Shown piece after piece: positions 14,319 to 28,100 of a stretch of 64,000 nt of DNA. The stretch comes from Catajapyx aquilonaris. Its lineage: Eukaryota. Location of the stretch: positions 1 through 64,000 of the forward strand of contig JYFJ02001398.1 of NCBI GenBank assembly GCA_000934665.2, written 5' to 3'. Both the position numbers and the translations under genes were made by a program. The notes beneath the pieces were generated by a model. The model searched no databases. It saw nothing but the letters and a program-made list of their open reading frames with translations, and was not told where the DNA came from. How positions within the stretch are numbered: the stretch's first letter is position 1; every line of letters starts with the position of its first letter.

Positions 14319-15794
14319 AGGTTTCCAAAAATATGGCATAATTTTGAGCCATTTCCAATTGAATCATATTGCAATCTATTACAACCCGTTGGGGGCTCAG
14401 GTCATCAATTTTTTAGTCAATTTGATCAAACGGACATTGTCTACTGTTTGAGTAATGTGGAAATATCAACTAGTGAAGCCTACTCAATATAAACTAGCAC
14501 GACTTAATTATGGTATGTAAAATGACAACAAAATTACATCATTAGGGCTATAGATGGCAAAGAAAATCATTAGCACACTCAGCTTACATTATTAATCATG
14601 TCACCATATGACAATGAGGGTAAAATTGATGCAAAATCAAACTAGGTTGGCCTAAAAGTGGGAAGCTATAGTTCTTTCCAAACCAGACTATGGGAGATGT
14701 ACATTTTTTTTTTTCAGATGCAATTACAGCTAATTCGGCTGCAAACATCCATTACATCGACGAGGAAGTGGCCTTGCTGGAAACTGTCATTATAGCTAAA
14801 TTGGCTTACAAACAAAATGTCGAGCCGTGGAACGAGGTAGCCACAAAAATTCCAATCATTCAGATTCGTGAGTGGCTCATCTGGCCGGGTGGTTTTTGCG
14901 AAAATGCGAGGGTGTAATCAGACAAAGGTGACCTGGGTCAAAATTTTCTCTCTGTGTAGTACACAAGTGCACGTATCCCGTGTGTGCACCGTTCATTCCA
15001 TGCATGGCACAGTAATGCACACTTGACGGGATGAACACCGCAGGGCACACATACATCCCTATGGGAATTTCATTTTTTTTTTTTCTTCATCCCTCAGGCC
15101 TCTAGCAGTATAAAGTTCAAAGGCTTTTCCTATTACCATGACTATATTACCAAAATAAAGAACGTAGTACTTCAGGGATTTTCATGGAGAGAAAAAAAAA
15201 GTTGTCGACGGTGATTACGACAATATTGTTCAACATGTTGGACGAGGCATTTCATTAGGGGCAATTTGCTAAAGGCTTTGCGGGGTGAAGAGAAGAAAAA
15301 AGTGTCTTGGGAGACAAACGCTGCCTGAAATCTTTAATTTCTTCACGTTTTTTGAGGAACGAAACAATTTAGTACACGGTTCTCCAAAAGTTTCTAAAGT
15401 GCTTCAAAAAAAATGAATATTCTAATCATTAAAAAATTAATAACAATAATTGTTCACTTTCCCATCACAAAAACCATAAGCCCTACAAGTCACTCCAGTT
15501 CCGTCAACAACCATCAACCCGTCGCACAATCATAAAAATACACGTAACATACCCCTTACTCATTTTTAGCCTCACCCCCAATAAAAAAGGGCCACAATCT
15601 ATATTTACGTCCTACTCCCCTCTACCAAAGGTCACTAAAAACAAACGACACGTATCCACTGAAAACTTTATAACCCCATAGTCCACGTCAGCATAATCAT
15701 ATCCGTTGTTTATTCCAGCAGACAACCCGGTGACCACATGGCGTCCGATGGTGCCTCGATGTGAGGGCAAAGCGTGTAGCTCGGCCTGGGCGCG

Positions 15795-16121
15795 ATGCGC
15801 TGGTGGCTGGCCCTGGCGCTGGTGCTGGTGCTGGCGCCAGCCGTGGTTCCAGCTCAAGGCCACGTCCAGCAGCCGCATAGGCGCCATCCGGCCTCTTCGT
15901 CCAGCAGTCATCGGGAGGAACAGCCTGTCTGGTCACACGTGGCCCAACTGGCCCCCGGGGGCGAATTTTGGCTCTTTTGGACACCAGCTGAGGACCATAT
16001 CACATTTGAGGTGGCAGCCAGGACCAGAGGGATGCTGGGTCTTGGGTTCTCACCGGATGGGAACATGGCTGGGGCTGATGTTGTCCTGGCTTGGATCAGG
16101 CATGGACGAGCTTATTTCAAG
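15795..16121 (+). CDS. MOXD1: MOXD1-like coding exon 1 (signal peptide, start of DOMON)
   Basis: ATG 15795; ...AWIRHGRAYFK then gtagga donor at 16122; upstream acceptor tttattccag at 15718 implies an earlier non-coding exon. Confidence 0.9.
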
Positions 16122-19100
16122 GTAGGATAACCTACATATGCTGGATCGATTGATAGCAAATAAAACTGCCGGATATCCCATGTCAAATCCACAAAAAAAA
16201 AAAAAATACAGGGGGTTGGTAGGATATAGGATTAAATTATTCCGAATTCAAGGTCGTCTGCACCAGGTAGTTTATTACATGCATTGGCGCCTTTACTTCC
16301 AAAAAGATAAAGGATTGTTCCGACTACTCCGCCCATGCGGCTGATTACATGTCCAGATACGTTTCATCCTGACTACTGGCAAATTGTGAGCTTCTGTTGT
16401 TACAGGGGAAGTCTAAGTTACAGGATGAAATTATACATAATATAATTATACATATAATTATAAAAAGCATTTTAGAAAATCGCTCGTACATGCAATTACT
16501 TTAACAGATGAAATTAATACCTTGGAGTATCCTCAGTGGAGGAATGCAATTAGTGCTCTTTAGCATGCCGCAAGCGAAGCACTTGCTTTTATCAACAATA
16601 ACAAGTAGGACTCGCAGCAAAACATCCAATCGGAGGAATATACTCGGCGTAAATCATTCCCGAATTAATTTCCCTCGCCTGCTTTTCTGCTAACTAATTA
16701 ATGAATTTCCTGCACCTGGAAATTAGGAAATGCCTACCTCTAGCAGCAGGAATATCGACTCCAGAATATCACTCGTTATTATCAGTCATCAGTACTAGGT
16801 ATAGCCTACACATGATAACGGAAGGAAGTGATGTCTACAGTTATGTAAATTTCGAATATTACCGTACATTAAAATCGTGATAGTGTCCGATATGCACGGA
16901 TAGTAATTTCAATGATATTCAACATGCTATGCCTCCTGGGAGCACCTGTTCTCAGTAATAACTCCAGGGTAGTACTTTGTACAAATTCAGCTATAAAATA
17001 ATTGCCAGAAGCAAGTGCACGCAAGCTCAGCCAGTCAGCATATGTTTGTTGCACTGTACGAAGCCTATAGGCGATTAATAAAAAATGGCCTGTGGCTCTC
17101 ATACTCATGCAGTACAGCTCTTTCAAGGTATACCAGAATTAGTTCCACACTAAAACATTATGCCTCATTATTGAAAATGGCACATAATGTATTTGGCTGC
17201 TTATAGTTGTTTATGAAATGCACCAGGGGCCGGTAAATGAAAACAAGGTGTTTGTTTTCATTGATGACGAGATTGTTTTTGATGATGTTCCTGTCCCAGC
17301 TAGAAGAAAATTAATACTCTGACATGTTGAGACCGCAGACAATCAAAAAATAATCATTATGAATGAACAACGCCTCTGTTGGCGTTCTCACCTGAAATGA
17401 ATTGCCGGCAGGCTGAATTTTATAATCAAAGGTGACGCCTGAGGGATGGCAAGCACACACACACACGCATTAATAAACATGTTCATAATCCCTTATTCAA
17501 AGTAACACATGGTCAGCACACAAAAAAAAGAACTTCCCCATCGAAATGTCAGTTTCAACATTTTTGCAATCGAGAATGCAATGTGCAATGAGGCTGGGAG
17601 TAATGCATGTATCATCCATGTTGCATATTTGAAGCGGGTTCCTAACAGACAACTTGCAGGGCGGAAGTGCCAGAATAACTCGAGGATATATACAGCAGAC
17701 CGTGGACCACCCCAGAATTCTTTGTTATGAGCCGAAAAATGGCATGATAATAAATTATTCATAACCGTTGTAATGTCAAACGAGCCGGGGCTTCCATAAA
17801 AGCCAGCATTAAAACTGGGGAAAAGTTCAGTAGTTTCAGTGCTAACTGGCTGTTTTACCACGTAACTCAAAAAAAGAGAAAAGTTTGCAGGAAATGTCAC
17901 ATGACATTTACCAAAAATATTTCAGGACTCGAAATAATTTTCTGACAACTTACTGCAGCATGTATCATATCAAATAGCAACAATAAAAAATTTCCACTCC
18001 ACTTTGTCTAAATATGAAATAGTGTCCAATAGTTTTGAGTGAAGGACTCTGCATATTTTATTCAACTTGAAGGTAAAAACATATTTAAGAATTTATAGGG
18101 TATGTCACATATGAGTGGGTGCTATATCAAGAGAAAGGGCGAAAACCACTCGAGCGAATTTACAGAGTACGAACATTCATCTGAGCCAAACCAGATTCGC
18201 GAAAGTGTCCAAGCATTGTTGCCACGCCTTCATAATTTTTTTTTACTTACTTAAAAAAAATTCTTGAATAATTTATTCGCCACCCTGCATTAAAAAGGCA
18301 AGGTTTAATCTTGTGTGGGTTGGGTAGGGACATTACAAATGTGGAGATTAACGTTATGAATGGAACGTACCCTGTGCGGCGTATTACAGGGAAATGGTAA
18401 AATGCTAATTAAATTATATTGGGGACCACCCTGGGTTCCTCCCTCTCAACCTCTGACCCCCACATCTCATCCGGAAATCGACCCCCCTGGCCCTCTCCCG
18501 GCCAGAAATGACCTCTGCATATTTTTCCCACGCTTCGATTCTTTTCTCCTGGGCTCTTCAAACAGCACAGATGTGCTTTATGACGCTCGTAATGGGTGGG
18601 CCAGTGTGCCAAAAGTACGCCCCCGTGCGAAAATACAGGGTGAGTCACCCTGTACTAGCCTGAAGACATATATGTCAAAGGCGGCTTGGTTGGTCGGAAG
18701 TGTACAAATTCAATCACAAAGGGCATGGTAAAAGGTCATGACATTTTTTTTTTGGTGGGGGGGGGGGGGGGGGGGNGGGGGGGGACCAATTCGCATCTGG
18801 ACGCATCCTGATTTATTCCAGACCGTTTTGCTACATCCTGTTCAAGTTGGAGGAAAAATTTAATTTTCCTCATATGTCACGAACACACTGTACACTTAGA
18901 CCAATATGTGATGAAAATTACGCCCTTTCTCTTTTTATACGCCGTTTTACTTCGAGTAAATCACAGTCTTGCGAGAATCAGGAAGCTCTCTTACCTTTAT
19001 CCCCCCTGACATTATACGTCCGGAATAGTGTAGGTATATGCTCCTTTCCAACACAAACTCACACACGCACATGCATCACGAACATGAATAATTTGAACCA

Positions 19101-22100
19101 AAATTGCACTCATGTCACATATGGCCTATAATTTCTGAACCTTGCATGAATATTGCGCAACACTATTGTCTACCAACAGCTTTTTTTTCTCTCTCCAAAA
19201 GCCGGCAAGGTAAAAACACAACTTCAAAACTATAAGGGTGAAATTCGCATCCATGCCCTACACGTATCCCCCACCAAGCCCCCACTGACTTTAGGGATTA
19301 GTGCAGGACATGTATGCGATTTTCACCCTTACTAGTTTTGCATTGGTTCGGTTTGGAACTATCTGGATTTGAAAGTTATACCACAGTTTTTTTTTTTTTT
19401 TTCGGGAATGAACTTTTCCGGAAAGAGAAACCTCGACGAGTCTTCTTTTGTGATCACGTGACAAGAGTTGAAAGCCATTTTGTCCGTAGTCAATTGTGAA
19501 AAGAAGCGGCGTAAAGCCTCTTCTCGGCTGGTTGGGGCAGACTTGGAATTGGTTGAATGCACTTTTTTGCTTCTTCCGTTCTTCAAGTTCTATCTCTCCA
19601 GTTTCCATCGGCGAAGTAAATACGAGCAGGGACTCGACACGTCATTTCCTGCATTGATGTCGCCTCACGTGATCACAATGAAATTTCCGCACGGAGGCTT
19701 GGAATTTGACAAAAGGAAAAAGGAGGGATGAAGATCTGGCGCGGATATTAAGCAGCTTTTTTTTTTCTTCGTCTTTTAAAGGCAGTGGGTGGTAAAGGGG
19801 GGAGGTTAAGATGGGCGACATTCTTCCGCAGACTTGCAGCACAATGATTCTCAGAATGTCCTGACGGGCCGTAAGATGTCGTTACTTTGCCGGGTTCATC
19901 AGGGTTAAATTCTTCTGGAATGTTTCAAGTTCCGGGAATTTTGGGTGGGAGGTGGGGTGAAGGGAATGATAATTTGCGAAATTAGGTTTTGCCAGAAGGG
20001 AGCAAAGTGAGATTTAATTTTGTGTAAGAAGCGGTATGGCATGCTGGGGTGTACTGTACATGATGTCAAAGTTCCCTTGAAAGGCAACTCATTCTCTTAG
20101 TTTGAGAGAAAACGGAAATGACCGGGAAAAACGCATATTTTCCACATGTACGGTACTGTAATAATAAATAATAATTCTCGAATAAAAACCCCTTTTTACA
20201 CGCTTTATATTAGCTTCACCGCCACGGTTGTGAGTGCGCGTGCAGCGAGTTCGCAACTCCTGTCTAGGGCTGTACGATATCCGAAATTGCATATCGACTC
20301 TCGATACTTAAAAATATCGAATCGAAGTCGATATATCGAAAATCGAAAAGCCAACATTGAAAACCGACATCGAAAAAATCCAATATCGAAAAATCGCGAT
20401 ATATAGAAACATCGCACATGCCAAGCGTCGGATATCGCATCTTCGATATTCGGAAAATGTCGTATCGACAGTCGATGTATCGAAATATCGCACAGCCCTA
20501 CTCCTGTCACTCCGTTATCTGAAGTGGAAGTCGCGAACTCACCCCCTAACGTGACTACCTGCCTCTAAATCAGTGGTTCCCTACCTTTTTCGGATCGCGA
20601 CCCCCTTTTAATAATTTTCAGCACATGTTTAAATTTTTATCACGTCCACCACCTGACAATAAATTGAAAGCTCTGATTTTTATGCATCTGTATCGAATAA
20701 TAATCAAAGTTCATTAGAAAGCAGGCTGGGCACTTGCAATTACGCACCACATGCTGTAACAACAAAATAAACGTCGCAAAAATGGCCCCGAGGCTTATGA
20801 AAAAAAATTGGACAAAAACCCGATATTCATCAGCATCATTGGCATAAACCGAGTTTATAAATTTATTGCAACGGTCATAACAGTTCATAAATGCGGTGGC
20901 AGCAAGTGGAATAAAAATGTTACGACTCAATACCCAAAGTCCATGAAAGTGTCGCTGTTTTATGAACTCGCGTCCCTCGAATTACCAAATAACTACAACC
21001 GCCTGTTTATAGTTATCATCCTTGTGGAAAATTTGCCCCCAAAAAATGTACTGACCCGGGATTGGCAGCGGGATTAAAAATGTATTAGCATGGATTTGGC
21101 GGCGCCGATTGGAAATGGATTGTCACACAATGGCATGAATTGAAAATTGATTGGCAAATATTGGGCAGGGATTGGTGAAACCGCTGCGGGCAAACGATAT
21201 TAAATTTGTTTAAACAAGCGACAGTGTGGTGTACTCTCAGTAGTCCGGATGTGGGTATGGTAGCCCGGACTAACATACGTATATTGATACTACGGCAGAC
21301 GTGCAAATCGAAGAAAGAGTGCGAGCCGTGCGAGTAAGAAATGGTAGCCATTGAGGGACGTCACTCTCCATTGCCCCCCACTACCCCCAGCCTGTGACGA
21401 CACTCAAGGCCTACCTCTTCTTACTCGCACGGCTCCGCCGATTTGTACTTCTGCCCGCTTCTGCCGCATCAATAAATGTCGCCAGTATCACGCGATTAAT
21501 GTCCAACTCTGTACAAACTTTTTGCTTCATTATGGAAGTAGGTTCGAATCCGTGTTCCGTGTACCTTTTTTTTTCTGAAATTTTTGTTACAATATAAGAA
21601 TTCTGAACACACAGGCCAGAAATGGCGGCCACTCCCCCCTTACCATGGTCTCCAATTTCATACTCTCCAGGCCCTCCATGGAGGTTAACACATTTCAAGT
21701 GAACCGACACCCAACTTTCCTATCATGAGCTGGGCTCTTAGCAAGAAGCTCCCTTTGTGCCCGCTTTTAGATCCAGATTGTAGTAACTGGCACGTGGACA
21801 AAGGGTCTGGCCGCCCATTTTGCCATCTTTTCTTTCTTGAACACAAAAAAAAACAGCACTAGGGGGATAGTAGAAAAGGGGAGCAGAGGAAAAAGTGTGA
21901 ATAGGATGTGTGGGGGCATATTTTACGGTTAGGCAAGAGGCCCTTGGGCCATCACGCTCTTTCTCTTGTCCTCAACTCCATTCCAACCCTCGCTTCGGCT
22001 GCCTGTTTTACGTGCAACTGTATGGGACCTGAGGACAGGTAGATCATGTTGGTATCCCTTTGTGTTTCCCATCTCCAAGAAGCTCTCAGGAATCGCCACT

Positions 22101-25100
22101 AATAATAGCTATCAATAGTAACTAATAATTGAATCGACGACAATTGGCAGCCGGTCATTTGGCTGCCGGACACCCTAATAATTATTAATATAATATTATT
22201 AATACTAATAATATTATTGCGGTGTCGTCAGAGATGCAATTTGTGGGGGCTTGAAATAGCTTTGGGGGTATAAACTTTTACAGTCACGACTTCTACTAAA
22301 AATTTTAATTACACTACCCCTATGAATAAGAATGACGGATTTGCATATATTATCTGGGGGTTTTTTGACAATAAATGTGCCTTATGACTACCTCCTCCTA
22401 CCCTTCAATTACTGGGCTTCTGGAGGAGAGGAAAAAAATAATACCTTTTTTGTAGAGTTTTGAACACTAATGGTTCTTGAATTATTCTTGGAATTGGGGG
22501 CCTCCAAGGACTAACAGTTATCTACTATTATTAGTGTTTTTGAAGCTTGGTGCATGATACTAGGGGAAAAAAAGCCAGATGCTATTGGGAGGCAGCCATC
22601 ACGATCCTTAATTTTTTTTACCCTCTACCTTCTTTTTACCCTCTACCTTCTTTTTTTTTGTTATCTATCTTCTTTTCTCTCTCACACACTCACTTTTTTT
22701 GTACCTTTGGCGGGCATTTGGGCGTGAAATTGGAAGGAGGCGGGGTTGCCTAACTTCTAGGGGGAGGGGGGAGAGGGGGGGGGGGTCATGGCCGGACGTG
22801 TCCTCAGAAGCGATATTTTGGTTAGGGGACACCCAGTCCAAAACACTTGTAACGAATCGATAGGGCGATTGATTTTATACCCTCTAGAGGAGGGTAGGAA
22901 ATTGATGTGGACTATTAAATTTTTATGATCGGCGACAAAATATGAGCATCAATTTGCACGGAAATGCTTCATTACTGGTGGTGTGTGTATATATTTTTTT
23001 GTTGTCAGGTGCAAAATAACAAGAGTTGTAGCTTAATGGGCTTGAAGGGGGTCAATTAACGTCGCTCTCACGTACTAATCAGAGGATCAGGGGGGGATTA
23101 TAAGTCGTATTAAAAATTTATTTTGCGTAAAGGGGGGGTGCAATATGGCGTATGACCGGAGAAAAATGGTGGGGTAGTGCCTACTGGGCATTTTGGAGCA
23201 AATTTGCTTTGAGTTCAGTTTCAGTAATATCGATAATGTACATATCATTACAGTGTGCACACATCGGAAAGCCTACCGGTATAATAATGATAGGGGCCAT
23301 GGTTTTAAGCTGGGTTAATAGTAGTTGAATTTCCAACGATAAAAAGAGATCCGGCGCAATATTCATTAGTGTTAGGGAAAAATTATTCGCGTACAGTATG
23401 TGCGTTAGTTATGAACGTGGTTGAATTGGACGGAAAAAAAAATAAGTGAAAGACCAGTACAATATTGTGGCTAATCCTATACAAAAAAAATAGAGCGGCT
23501 TAAATTATTTTGCATTTAAGAATAATTAAAAATGGCCACATAAGTTGAGCTAGGAATCTAGCAGGATTTTAATAATTTTTATTACGATGGGAAAAGATGG
23601 CCAATTTTGCGAACTGTTATATTTATTAAAATCAATGCTTGATTGCTGAATAATGTGGAAACGTCTGAAATTGGGTATTGCAATGGGTAATTATGTGCAT
23701 ATTTTAATTCCGTTAAAATTATTGTTAGTGAATAATGCGCTATTTTATATGCAATTATCATGCAAATGGGAATTAAAATTATGCCAGATTCCTAGCACTT
23801 TTTGTGGCCACGTGCAAAAAATTGCAAATTCATAGCTGATTTTGCACTTTCTTACCTTGGCAATCTGCGTCGTTGCTGGTAGTACTGACAATACATCCCA
23901 GCAGTGAACAATTCACTGTGTTCCTAAATGAATAGCAGTGACCTAATTCATTTCTAAATAATGAGCTGTCCCATTTAATAATTTAATAAAACTCTATTTA
24001 AAACTGGCACCACAGTGAAATATGTATGTGTTGGAAAATGTCAGAATAAAAAAATAAAATGGACAAATCGATACACTTCATTTATTGTTCATCACCCGTT
24101 GCATTCCAAGCAATTTCATCAAGCTTTCTGTTTTTCCAGCAACGCTTAATCCTGGTTTATTTCGGATTTCGAATCCGTGTGTGAAAATTATCCGGTTTGG
24201 AAATTCCATTTTCAGGGGAGGTGGCGAGTAGGGGTATGGCAGGGAGGGCATTGCATGGGTTTTTGGCGGTTGGGTAGGTTGTGCCATTGGATGGATGGGT
24301 ATAGGGTTGGTGGGGAGGGAGGGGTTTTGCGATTGATCGGTAACATTGCGTCCAAATTGAAAAGTGGCGTGTGTAAAATGGGCCGCTCTTTGTGCAGGAT
24401 CACTGCGATACCCCTTTTTTCCCCTCAGATTCTATTGGTGCCTTTTTAGTCCCCACCCTTTGTATCACCCTGTACTTTTGTCCCGCATAACCATTTACCA
24501 ATATCGGCAACATGTTCACTTTTTTTGTGTGGGTATTCAAGTGACCCCATGACGTCACACACCAAGGTCGCTGTATCCCTCCCTCTTTAATTACACACCA
24601 TTTGCCATATCTCACTATCTAACAATCTGGCAACACTGCAAATACCCAGCACATTTATTACTCCCTAACTCTTTTTTTTTCGGGTGGGTGGAGACCCTGT
24701 TTTTTTTCTGTTGGCAAGAGGAATGGTTTCATGTAAAGTACATTAATTAGGCAGTCGCAAACTATATATTGCATCGAGTATTGGCACAGCAGCAAAAGAG
24801 TATGGCACGTTACCCACCCATTTCCCTCCCCAAAAATGGGCGGATAGAGTCCTCTTGCTGATGACAATTAAGTAAATGGGTTACATGGAGGGGCTGTGCA
24901 TTTTATGGCAGCCTTCAAATATTCAGTTGGACGTGGGCGTAGGTTGATGGACGACATGGCGAAGGATGAGCTGTAGCATGTACGGTGTGTGTGACAAGGT
25001 GGCAAAATTGGCCAGGGTTGTCAGCTAAGGGAAATGTTGCTGACTCGCCCATATTTTTTCTCTCTCTTTCATATGGCGTCTAAAAATGATGATTCAACCA

Positions 25101-28100
25101 GACGTCTGCATGATATTAAATTTTTCAATCCTAATATAAAAAAAGGTGACAAAATATTTTGTCATGGTGTACCATCCAGTTATTATTGAAACAGGTAGCG
25201 CAGACGATATAATTTACAACGCAGTTCCAACATGGAGGTGCAGGGGATGGGGTGGGGGCTGACCACAACCAAATTTGCCCACAATGTGGTTAGGTCAATC
25301 TGATTGAATTCCGCGCGTTGGTGCCTAGGAAAATCATTTATCCCCTAGTGAAAACTAGGTTCTGCATCCCCTACAGGTCGCTACTGACCACGAGGTGCTA
25401 ATTCAATACTAACAAGCATCAAAGTGCTATACAATGTACCTGACATTCGTAACTCCCACTTTTCAAAAACAAACAGTAGCAATATTATAAACGTAAAAAA
25501 AGACCAGGCTCATTCCACGTGTTTACTACAACCAGACTCATCCTCCCAAAAAAATCCGGAAGAATTTTTATCACGTCATCTGGCTTCCAGATGATATAAT
25601 AAAATTTTTATTTCACTGCTTACTTCCTTCAAGAATTGGGCGTGATATTGAGTTGGCGGAAGAGCATTATAAATTTGGCCAAGGGAAGGGAACGTAAGGA
25701 ATGGTGGGGGTCGGTTAAAAAAAAAAAAAAAAAAAAGACCGAAGAAAAGTTGGTGGGCTTCAAGCTCCGTCTTCTGGAAGCCTCACAAGAGCCAATCAAG
25801 TCCGGAAATGACATGAGGGAACGAAATTTTTTTCTTGGAGTTATGGACGCAAAAGTAAGACAGATGTACGGGGTTTTGCGCCTCCAGCATATTAAACCTA
25901 TGGACTGTGCATAGAGGGGAGGTTAAAAGCGTGCGATTCCAAGTCCAAAGTCTAGGCTACAAATTGTTACTGATGATAAATTAACGTTGGGAGTGTAACA
26001 CGCAATCAGTCTCACGCATGACTCCACTTTTTTGGGGGGTGGGTAGGGGGGGATGAAAAAGTCGTGTGATTTTAGTTGGTATGTGCTGGGGGTATGTAAC
26101 GTTAGACTACAATTAGCAGAGTTGTTATTAATATTTTGAAAATATAATAAAAAATACATGGTGCCATTATCATTATATTTTAATTTCAATATTTGGATGC
26201 CCAGCCAAAAATTGCTAGCAATATTGAACCGGTAATTAATTAGCGGAACGTACATTTAATATGTAATATAACATCATGTGTAATTAATTAATTACTTTCC
26301 TTTTATGGTGTTACCCCCAGAATGAGTTTCTCAACAATTAATAACATTGTAAACACATATACAGCCTTATTTTACGAAAGTGCTGCAGTTTAATAATTGC
26401 ATTTTTTTCTCTCCAAATATTCGTTAATATTTTAGCACCATTATAAATATTATGCATGGGCCGGCTTTCATGCCAAATGTAACTTTCCCACACCATCCTT
26501 TTTGATAAATATATGCTTTTAGTGCATATGGCAGCAAAGTAGTATCGAGAGGCCTAAAACCATATTTCTGACTGATCATAATCATAGTATTTTCCCCCCC
26601 AAAATGTTTAATTCATACCGGCTCTCCACTTAACACCAGAAGCTCTCTAAGTCTGTTTTTCAGCCAGTACCATTAACGTTAATCGCCCGATTTAATCATT
26701 CTCACCTTACATAAAAGCAAAGCATTATTAGTCATGAATCAAGTTTTATCACAAAGCGTTATTAATGGACACATTAAAACCTCAAGTGAGTTATCCATCT
26801 TCACGACATTTTTTTGTGTGTATCTTCCATCGATTTTTTTTTTTTTGATATTTGAATTTACCAATGGACATTTGATTTATACACTAGAAACACTATACAG
26901 CATTTGGATGTTTTCTCTCTCACCACTTTGGGGACTTGGAAACGCAACTGAAGACAGTCGCCTGTGACAGGTCTATAGGAGGAGTCTGCGGCTACACATC
27001 TGATTTGCATACGACATTTCACGCCCGGTGTTGCCATCCCGCCCTTCCATTAATAACAAACCACCATTGTCTATAAATCCATATTCTATAGGGAGGATTT
27101 TACGAGCTGGAAGGAAAGAGGGGGGGGGGGGAGGCTTAGAAATTTTTGCGTATCGATCTTTTAGAAAAGTAGGTGGGGGTAGGGTGAAAAAAAAAACTTA
27201 GATAAGGTTAGCTGTTAGGTAGGCCTGCGTGCGGTGTTGTCATGTTGTCGTGCGGACCAATCGGCACGCAAGATTGCAACCCCGCCTATTTTTTTTCACT
27301 CTTCCTTTTCCCCCCCTTAACTCAACACCCCCATATATTTTTTGTAAGTTCCCTGTGGAGTGTAAGCGCCATCTGTCAGGCGGCCATCTTCTGCTTTTTG
27401 GGGGAAGTGGGGGCGGTTGTCCCCCCCCTTTCAGCTTTTTCCAAAATGAAAGAGGGGGGGTCAATTACTCCTCTTGTGGCTTAACTGCCGTCACCACTTA
27501 GCCCTGTGGTATGCTTATATCCGTTACATTGTGTATGTACATTCAATTTTTTAAAAATGAATTAATAATAAAACAAGTTGAGCGTGATTCGAGTAGACTT
27601 TTTCGCATTTGTAGATGGCCAATTACCGGAAGTTGGACACGCTATACTTGTTCACGGACGGACGGACGGACAGCCGTTTTGATATTTTTTTTTGTTAAAA
27701 AAATAGAATTAAAAAAAAAATTTACCCTGTGATAGGCCTACCCTGTTGGGGGGTGGTACACCACCATCGATTTTCTCGTCATATTTTTCTTTCCTCCAGT
27801 GCAAGGGGACAGGATAGGGATAATGAGAGGGGGACACTGGTGCATGTGCAATGTCTCAAGTTGGGGGTCAGGTTGCAAGACAACCCCCTAGGTGCGGGTC
27901 AGAAACTCCCCACAGACACCGCACCTAAAAGAGAAAAATTATATATCGTATTTCGCAGTGTGCAACCCGGAATTCCGGAACTGTCATGGCGGATAAGGAA
28001 CCGCAGATTTTCATGTCTTGGCAACCAGAGCGTTTAATATTTTTTTTGTGGTGGCCAAAAAATTTTGGTGGCTAAAAGGACCCGGGTCCAGGCCCTGTAA

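Noticed and set aside
14098..14367. Repeat array as CRISPR or repeat protein
   Set aside because: AT-rich minisatellite with no unique spacers or cas genes, in a eukaryotic context.
21541..21551. B-box GGTTCGAATCC as a tRNA gene
   Set aside because: No cloverleaf or A-box; at most a SINE remnant.
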